Assembly: GCF_009914755.1 (NCBI RefSeq)
Contig: NC_060933.1
DNA: 64,000 nucleotides
Reading direction: 5' to 3' (one strand)
DNA from: the human T2T-CHM13v2.0 reference genome, Homo sapiens
The translations under genes were made by a program, and so were the position numbers. Under the pieces are notes generated by a model. It made no database searches. It had not been told where the DNA came from and saw only the letters and a list, made by a program, of their open reading frames with translations. The first letter of the stretch is position 1; each line of letters opens with the position of its first letter. Shown here piece by piece: positions 55,536-64,000 of this stretch.

Positions 55536-58500
55536 AATCATTTCCAAATTTTTCTTCTTTTCATCCTGGAGGGCCTATGTTTCAAAAATAATCCCACATG
55601 CAACCACTTTAAAGCAGTCTTGCTTTTGTCAAAACAATTCTGCCCATTCTATCTTCCCCTTGCCCTGCACGTGCTCCTGGCAGCACCCTCAAGGCACTGT
55701 CAAATGGGAGCTGCTGTTAGTAAGGGAGTTCCCCAGGCTCTCTGAAAACTGGCATCTGGGGCCTCAGAACAGAGTATGGCTTAAAGATGGGCAGTAATTC
55801 CCATGCAGGGAGCAGAGGGCAGGGTGTTGTTGTTGTTGTTGTTTTTCCTTTCCCCAGGGAAGATAGAGCATCGCACAGAAATAAGATAAGATCTGAGGCA
55901 CAAGGCACAAGAAAGGGCAGGTTGAGCACATTTCATAAGAGCAAATGTGGAAATGATGGGCCCAGTGGCCTATAGGGTTGGGTAAAAGACACAAGTGGCT
56001 GGCCATAGAAATGGCAGGGGTAAGACCTAAAACCCTCATGTGGGCCTTGCCTGGCTCAGGTACCATTTCCAGTTCCTCCACCAACCCCTCAAACTGAAGC
56101 CCTTGAATTATCTTCATCCTTCAGATCTCTGGGAAAGAAATGTCTCCTGCAAGCCACCTCAGATCCAGTTGTCATGCACCTGTTCCCACTGTGGCCTCTG
56201 GCACTTTATTAGCTCCTCTAAGAAAGAGGTTTTTAAACTTAAGGTTATGACCCACTCTCAAACTGTGAAATCAATTCAGTGGCTCCATCAGCATTACAAA
56301 AATGCCATCAAAAGAATAGAAGCTATCAGAACATGGTCCCATGTAATGACAATGTGTATTATTTTGCAAAACTTATTTTAGAGATGTGCGCACACACATT
56401 CACACGTGAATATGTGCAGGCTCACTGTATAAAACATAGTTTTGATTATGTCTGCTGTTCAACGTTGTGGATAAACATAGCTCTAAGAGACTTAGCTTGC
56501 TGACATCTAAGCTCATGTCTTTCCTCTCCTGCTCATATAAATGGACAGGAGTAATACATGTTGTGTTATCTCCAGCACATGCTTGGACTTGGGTATCAGA
56601 TAAAGCTGGGTTCAAATTCTGGTTCCATTATTTGTAGTTGTATAAATTTGAGATGATATCTAGATTTTGATAAGGATAATACATTCTTTATGAGATAGAT
56701 GCAAAGATTCAACAAATCATTGACTTGAAAATGCCAAACAAGATTTGTCCAGTGCAGAGAAAAGACAAAGAACACATAGAGGTTACCAATCAGTGGAAAG
56801 ACTAAAATATCCATCAGTCCATTCATTCATTCATTCATTCACTCATTTATTCCTCTATCCACTGACCCAGCATATTTATTAACACCTGCTATGTGCCAGG
56901 GATTGTTTTAAGCACAGAACAAACTTGGTACTGATCTCATGGAACCTTCAGCCTACTTAGATAATTAAAATACTTAACAAATCCAAATAATAAAAAGTAC
57001 TATTACAAGAACAAATAGTAAAGTTGACAGAAGACAAAAGAGAGGAACTCACATAGAGAAAAGAGGTTTGTCTGAAGAAATGAGATTTAAACTGAGATCA
57101 GAATGATGAGAGAGAGCCATCCATGCCCTGACAGATTGGGGAAGGAAAGAGGGTAGTTTTCCAGGCAAAGATAATCATGGCACATACAAAGGGCATAGGA
57201 GAAGAAGGTTAGCAAGTCTGAAGAACAGAGAAGAGGCCATTGTGTCTGGAGCATGGAGGGCAACTTTAAGTTGGGACTGTTGTGACTGGAGTGATCACAA
57301 CAGAGTGGCTGCAGTGTGGAGAAGGGAGGAAGAGGATGGGATAAAAGCAGGAAGACCAATAAGTAGGTATGTGAGGATGAGGTAATTGTGGGGATGTCAG
57401 GAAGATTGATGTGGCTTGAAGAGGAATGGACGGTCATAGGGTGGGAAGCAGGGGTGAAGGCGAGGAGTCTGGAAACTTAGGCTAGAGCCTTATTGTGAAG
57501 AAGCTTGAACACCAAGATAAGACATTGAATAAGGTGTTGACTCTGAAAGAGCTCTGAAAATTCATGAAATGCTACACAAAGATGAAATTTACATGACATT
57601 CACAGGGGGTGTCAGAAGGGTGAGTTAACAAACAGCTTCTCTGTTTCTGACACCCTAGAGTGATCTATTGACACCAAACATGAGTTCCCTGCACCCTTGG
57701 GGACCACTCGAAACACTCCCAAACAATAGGATCTCCCTGCTGCAAAGTTCCTTCTGCCAATTTAGGAGCTCAGAATTACTGTGTAACAGCTTCCTTCTTC
57801 AGGGAACACATGTTGATTACCTATTTTTTATTCCCAGATTTGTGAGTGAAGCAAGCCCATGGTTGCTGTGCATTAGCTCTCCCTAAGCTTTTAAGAGCTC
57901 ATTGCCGTCCCAAGGATTACGAACCTCAGTGTGGTGTAGTGAGTTCAAATCCCAGCTCTGCATCTTACTACAATAGCTCTCATGTTGGAGTTTTCACCTG
58001 ACTCAGCCATACTCCAGCTGTGTTACCTTGAGCAAGTTACTTAACCCCTCTTTGCTTTGGTCTCCTCCTCTGTACAGTAGGGATAACATTAGTACACACC
58101 TCATAGGGTTATTGTGAGGTATAAATGACACAATTCATGGCAAGTTCCCAGAAGAGTGGTAGAAATCAGCTGTTGTCAGCAGCAGCAGCAACAGTATCCT
58201 AGCCTAATCAATCCTTCCATCCATCTTCTACTCAGGATTAATTACAAATGGCTTAATGAGGTAATGTACAGGACAGCAGCTGGCTTCCCCACAGGCACTC
58301 AATAAAAGTCCCTTGTCCCTTTCTACCAACAAGCATTCCATTCAGATTTCTTGGACTGGGATCCTGAGAAATAGCAAGGTTCAGTCTACTGGTCCCATGT
58401 CCCAGAGATCACAATGCCTTCCTATCTATCACTGTCGGCCATTGCTGGTATTTAAGGGTATATCTCTCTTCTGCCTCCACCCTAGATTCTAAACTGAGGC

Positions 58501-58978
58501 AGGAGAGCAGAGAAAAGCTTGCATACTGCACACTTCACCAAAAGAATCATTTTTCATGGTAACTATGAGGACTGATATTTTACAAAGGAAGGCATTTGGA
58601 CCAATGTTAACTGAGGGAAAAAAACAAACAAAAGAGAAAATTATGCATATAAAATGATAACAACGATATAGATAAAGACCAGAAGCACCCACTATAATAT
58701 AAGAACAGTCAGTTTGATGGGGTAGTGGGTTGTTTGTGTAGATCTGTGTAGAAAAGCATACCCAGCTCCCCTTGAGAGAATAAAACAGACTTTTTAAATG
58801 GATATGCCAGCATTTATCAAACTTTCAAATGCATGTGCCTTCTGATGCTGTGATTCTGATTTTTGGTACACATCTGTCCTACAGAAATATTCTCATGCTT
58901 TACAAGAATAGCTAGCTAGGTATACGTACAAAGATGTTTGTTGACCCATCGTAAGTGCAGAAAATTAAGATAATGGTC

Positions 58979-59218
58979 GGATGTGAGGGCAATCTGGCTG
59001 TGACATCTGTCACCCCATTGATCACCAGGGTTGATTCAGCTGATCTGGCTGGCTAGATGGGTGTCCTCTTCCTCCCTCAATGCTCCATGTGCATCCCTCC
59101 TGAAGCTGCGTGCTCGGTTGAAGAGGATAACCATCTCTGACAGAGGATGACTGGTCTTTAGTCAAGGGTATATGAGTAGCTGCACTACCCTACCAGAACC
59201 TCTAAACAAGCTCTCAAG
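58979..59218 (+). pseudogene. 7SK snRNA retropseudogene (RN7SKP family), 3'-truncated at about nt 240, no poly(A) tail
   Basis: GGATGTGAGGGCAATCTGGCTGTGACATCTGTCACCCCATTGATC...AAACAAGCTCTCAAG matches 7SK with CpG decay. TSD aagataatggtc at 58967-58978 and 59216-59227. Confidence 0.95.
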
Positions 59219-60277
59219 ATAATGGTCAACAATAGAGGGTTGCAAAGTTTGATATATTTGGTATGTTCTTAGCATGTGATCCAGCAGTACAGACTTCAGT
59301 GGGAGTAAGGTAAGTATGCATGGCTGACTTGAAAAGATACTTTCTATATACATTGCTTAATAAACTATCAAATTGCTGCAGAATGATATATGTGGATGAG
59401 ATAACCCCACTGACTCCATTAATATATATGTAGGTGCAAGTGTGTGTGTGTATACACAATTATATACACTGATACACACACATCCATATACATATGTATG
59501 TATGTTATGGCTATATTGGAAAATGCCAGAAGAATATAAATTAAATAAAACAATATATTAGCCTTTGGGTCCTGTCAGTGGAATAGAATGAACAGGCAAG
59601 GGTAGAACATTTAGTTGTTGCTTTATATAATACAAACTTCTTTTTTTGTCTGAAAGGTCTTTATTTCATGTTAATTATTGAAAAATATTTTGCTGGGTAC
59701 AGAATTATAGATTGGTAATTTTTTTCCTATAAGCACTTTAATGATGTAATTCCATTGTTTTCTGGCTTTAATAATTGCTAATGAAAAATTAGTTGTAAGT
59801 CTAATTTTCTTCTTTGAAGGTAATGTATCTTTTTCTTCTGGCTGTTTTTAAGATTTTTTTTTCTTTGTCCTTTGTTTTTTAACTGCCTGAATAAAATGTG
59901 CCTATGTAGTTTTTTTTTCCTTTATTTCTTCTAAACAAAAGGGGGGTACATACACAGAATGTGCAGGTTTGTCACATAGGTATACATGTGCCTTGGTGGT
60001 TTGCTGTACCTATTGAGTGGTCCTCTAAGTTCCCTCCCCTCACCCCCAACCCTCCAACAGGCCCTGGTGTGAGTTAGTCCTCTCTCTGTGTTCATGCATT
60101 CTCAATGTTCAACTCCCACTTATGAGTGAGAACATGTGGGGTTTGGTTTTCTCTTCCTATGTAAGTGTGCTGAGGGTGATGGCTTCCAGCTTCATCCATG
60201 TCCCTGCAAAAGACATGATCTCATTCCTTTTTATGGCTGCATAGTATTCCATGGTGTATATGTACCACATTTTCTTT

Positions 60278-60374
60278 TCCTTTTTTATTATACTTTAAGT
60301 TCTGGGATACAAGTGCAGAATGTGCTGGTTTGTTACATAGGTATATATGTGCCATGGTGGTTTGCTGCACCCAT
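60278..60374 (-). mobile_element. Very short L1PA 3'-end insertion nested in the host L1
   Basis: ttattatactttaagttctgggatac...gctgcacccat, with 15-bp TSD taccacattttcttt at 60263-60277 and 60375-60389. Confidence 0.9.
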
Positions 60375-61920
60375 TACCACATTTTCTTTATCCAGTGTAT
60401 CATTGATGGGCATTTGGGTTGGTTCCACAGCCTTGCTATTACAAATAGTGCTGCAATAAACATACATGTGCATGTATCTTTATAGAATGATTTATATTCC
60501 TTTGGGTATATACCCAGTAATGAGATTGCTGGGTCAAATGGTATTTCTGGTTGTAGATCCTTGAGGAATTGCCATCCTGTCTTCCACAATGGTTAAACTA
60601 ACTTACATTCCCACCAGCAGTGTAAAAGCATTCCTATTTCTCCATATCTCATCAGCAACTATTGTTTCCTGACTTTTTAATAATTGCCATTCTGACTGGC
60701 ATTAGATGGTATCTCATTGTGGTTTTGATTTGCATTTCTCTGATGATCAGTGATGTTGGGCTGTTTTTCATATGTTTGTTGGCTGCATAAATGTCTTTTG
60801 AGAAGTGTCTGTTCATATCCTTTGCCCATTTTTTGACAGGGTTGTTTTTTTCTTGTAAATATGTTTAACTTCCTTGTAAATTCTGGATATTATACTTTTG
60901 TCAGATGGGTAGATTACAAACATTTTCTCCCATTCTGTAGGTTGCCTGTTCATTCTAATGATAGTTTCTTTTGCTGTGCAGAAGCTCTTTAGTTTAATTA
61001 GATACCATTTGTCAATTTTGGCTTTTGTTGCAATTGCTTTTGGCATCTTCGTCATGAAGCCTTTGCCCATGCCTATAACCTGAATGGTACTGTCTAGGTT
61101 TTCTTCTAGAGTTTTTATGGTTTTGGGTTTTACATTTAAGTCTTGTTTCCATCTTGATTTAATTTTTGTATAAGGTGTAAGGAAGGGGTCCAGTTTCACT
61201 TTTCTGCATATGGCTAGCCAGCACCATTTACTGCAGAGAAGATTCTTTCCCCATTCCTTTTTTTGTCAGTTTTGTCAAAGATCAGATGGTTGTAGATGTG
61301 TGGTGTTATTTCTGAAGTCTCTGTTCTGTTCCATTGGTCTATATGTCTGTTTTGGTATCAGTACCACGCTGTTTTGGTTGCTGTAGGCTTGGAAGTAGCA
61401 TAGTTTGAAGTCAGGTATTGTAATGTCTCCAGCTTTGTTCTTTTTGCTTAGGATTGTCTTGGCTACATGGGTTCTTCTTTGACTCATGTGAAATTTAAAG
61501 TAGTTTTTTTTTTTCTAATTCTGTGAAGAATGTCAATGGTAGTTCGATGGGAATAGCATTGAAGCTATAAATTACTTTTGGCAGTATGGCCATTTTCATG
61601 ATATTGATTCTTCCTATCTCTGAGGATGAAATGTTTTTCCATTTGTTTGTGTCCTCTCTTATTTCCTTGAGCAGTGGTTTGTAGTTCTCCTTAAAGAGGT
61701 CCTTCACATCCCTTCTTAGCTGTATTCCTAGGTATTTTATTCTCTTTGCATGGGAGTTTTATTCTTTTTGAATGGGAGTTCATTCATGATTTGGCTTTCT
61801 GCTTGCCTATTCATGTAAAGGAATGCTTGTGATTTTTGCACATTGACTTTGTATCCTGAGACTTTGCTGACATTGCTTATCAGTTCAAGAAGTTTTGGGG
61901 CTGAGATGATGGAGTTTTCT

Positions 61921-62132
61921 TTTTTTTATTATTATTATTTTTTAAATTTTATTATTATTATACTTTAAGTTTTAGGGTACATGTGCGCAATGTGCAGGTT
62001 TGTTACATATGTATACATGTGCCATGTTGGTGTGCTTCACCCATTAACTCGTCATTTAGCATTAGATATAACTCCTAATGCTATCCCTCCCCCCTCCCCC
62101 TACCCAACAACAGTCCCCGGTGTGTGATGTTC
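61921..62132 (-). mobile_element. Younger L1PA 3'-end insertion nested in the host L1 ORF2
   Basis: ttattatactttaagttttagggtacatgtgc...ccctcccccctcccc...gtgtgatgttc, with TSD gatgg(a/g)gttttct at 61908-61920 and 62133-62145. Confidence 0.92.
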
Positions 62133-62620
62133 GATGGGGTTTTCTAAATATAAAATTATGTCATCTGCAAACAGAGACAACTTGACTTCTTCTCTTCCTA
62201 TCTGAATACCCTTTATTTCTTTCTCTTGCCTGATTGTCCTGGCCAGAACTTATAATACTATGTTAAATAGGAGTGGTGAGAGAGGGCATCCTTGCCTTCT
62301 ACTGGTTTTCAAAGGGAATGCTTCCAGCTTTTCCCATTCAATATGATATTGGCTGTGGGTTTGTCATAAATACCTGTTATTATTTTGACATATGTTCCAT
62401 CAATATCTAGTTTATTGAGAGTTTTTAACATGAAGGGATGTTGAATTTTATCAAAGGCCTTTTCTGCATCTATTGAGATAATCATGTGGTTTTTGTCTTT
62501 AGTTCTGTTTATGTAATAGATTACATTTATTGATTTTCATATGTTGAACCATCCTTGCATCTCAGGGATGAAGCCGACTTAATCATGGTGGATAAGTTTT
62601 TTGACGTGCTGCTGGATTCA

Positions 62621-62896
<276 letters not shown>

Positions 62897-64000
62897 TTAC
62901 TGCCTCAATTTCAGAGCTTGTTATTGGTCTATTCTGGGATTCAACTTCTTCCTGGTATAGTCTTTGTAGGGTGTATGCATCCAGGAATTTATTCATTTCT
63001 TCTAGATTTTCTAGTTTATTTCCATAGAGGTATTTATGGTATTCTCTGACAGTAGTTTGTATTTATATGGGGTCAGTGGTGATATCCTCTTTATCATTTT
63101 TTATTGTGTCTATTTGATTCTTCTCTCTGTTCTTCATTAGTCTAGCTAGCAGTCTATCTATTTTGTTAATTTTTTCAAAAAACCAGCCTCTGGATTCGTT
63201 CAGTTTTTGGAGGGTTTTTCATGTCTCTATCTCCTTCAATTCTTCTCTGATTTTAGTTTGCTCTTGGCTCTCTAGCTCTTTTAATTGTGATGTTAGGGTG
63301 TCAATCTGAGATCTTTCTAGCTTTCTGATGTGGGCATTTAGTGCTATAAATTTCTCTCTTAACACTGTTTTAGCTGTGTCCCAGAGATTCTGGTATGTTG
63401 TCTTTTTGTTCTCATTGGTTTCAAAGAACTTCTTGATTTCTGCCTTAATTTCATTATTTATCCAGGAGTCATTCAGGAGCAGGTTGTTCAATTTCCATGA
63501 AAATGTGTGGTTTTGAGTGAGTTTCTTAATCCTGAGTTCTAATTTGATTGCACTGTGGTGAGAGAGACTGTTTGTTATGATTTCAGTTCTTTTGCATTTG
63601 CTGAGGAGTGTTTTACTTTCAATAATGTGGTTGATTTTAGAATAAGTGTCATGTGGCACTGAGAAGAATGTATATTCTGCTGATTTGGGGTACAGAATTC
63701 TGTAGACGTCTACTAGGTCCACTTGATCCAGAGCTGAGTTCAAGTCCTGAATATCCTTGTTAATTTTCTGTCTCGTTGATCTGTCTAATACTAACAGTGG
63801 GGTGTTAAATTCTCCCACTATTATTGTGTGGGAGTCTAAGTCTCATCATAGGTCTCTAAGAACTTGTTTTATGAATCTGGGTGCTCCTGTATTGGGTGCA
63901 TATATATTCAGAATAGTTAGCTCTTCTTGTTGAATTCTTCCTGTTACCATTATGTAATGCCCTTCCTTGTCTTTTTTGATCTTTGTTGGTTTAAAGTCTG

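Noticed and set aside
63219-63818. 199-aa endonuclease-region ORF and other L1 ORF2 fragments as functional genes
   Set aside because: Pieces of a frameshifted, internally deleted and interrupted L1.

Overview
This is human (primate) euchromatic DNA, almost entirely intronic and repeat-rich. One 153-nt coding exon on the minus strand (3254-3406; AAEATQETVESLMQKFKESFRANTPIEIGQLQPPLRSTSAGKRKRRSKSR) matches astrotactin-2 as I recall it, so the window is part of ASTN2 (chr9q33): probably the cassette exon 4 and about 60 kb of the intron upstream of it. The intron carries (i) a semi-processed RPL10 retrocopy that starts at the 5' end of the H/ACA snoRNA U70 (SNORA70C), (ii) a tailless, 3'-truncated 7SK retropseudogene, and (iii) many Alu, L1, L2, MIR, MaLR/ERVL LTR and DNA-transposon remnants, including L1-in-L1 insertions. 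The most striking unexplained structure is at the exon's 3' splice site. A 46-bp unit is tandemly duplicated there; each copy folds into a hairpin that buries a consensus branch point (CTAAC), and it feeds a triple NAG acceptor (TAG-CAG-CAG). Nearly all ORFs in the supplied track are spurious. Gene and repeat-subfamily names are from memory, not database searches, and repeat boundaries are approximate unless a TSD is given.
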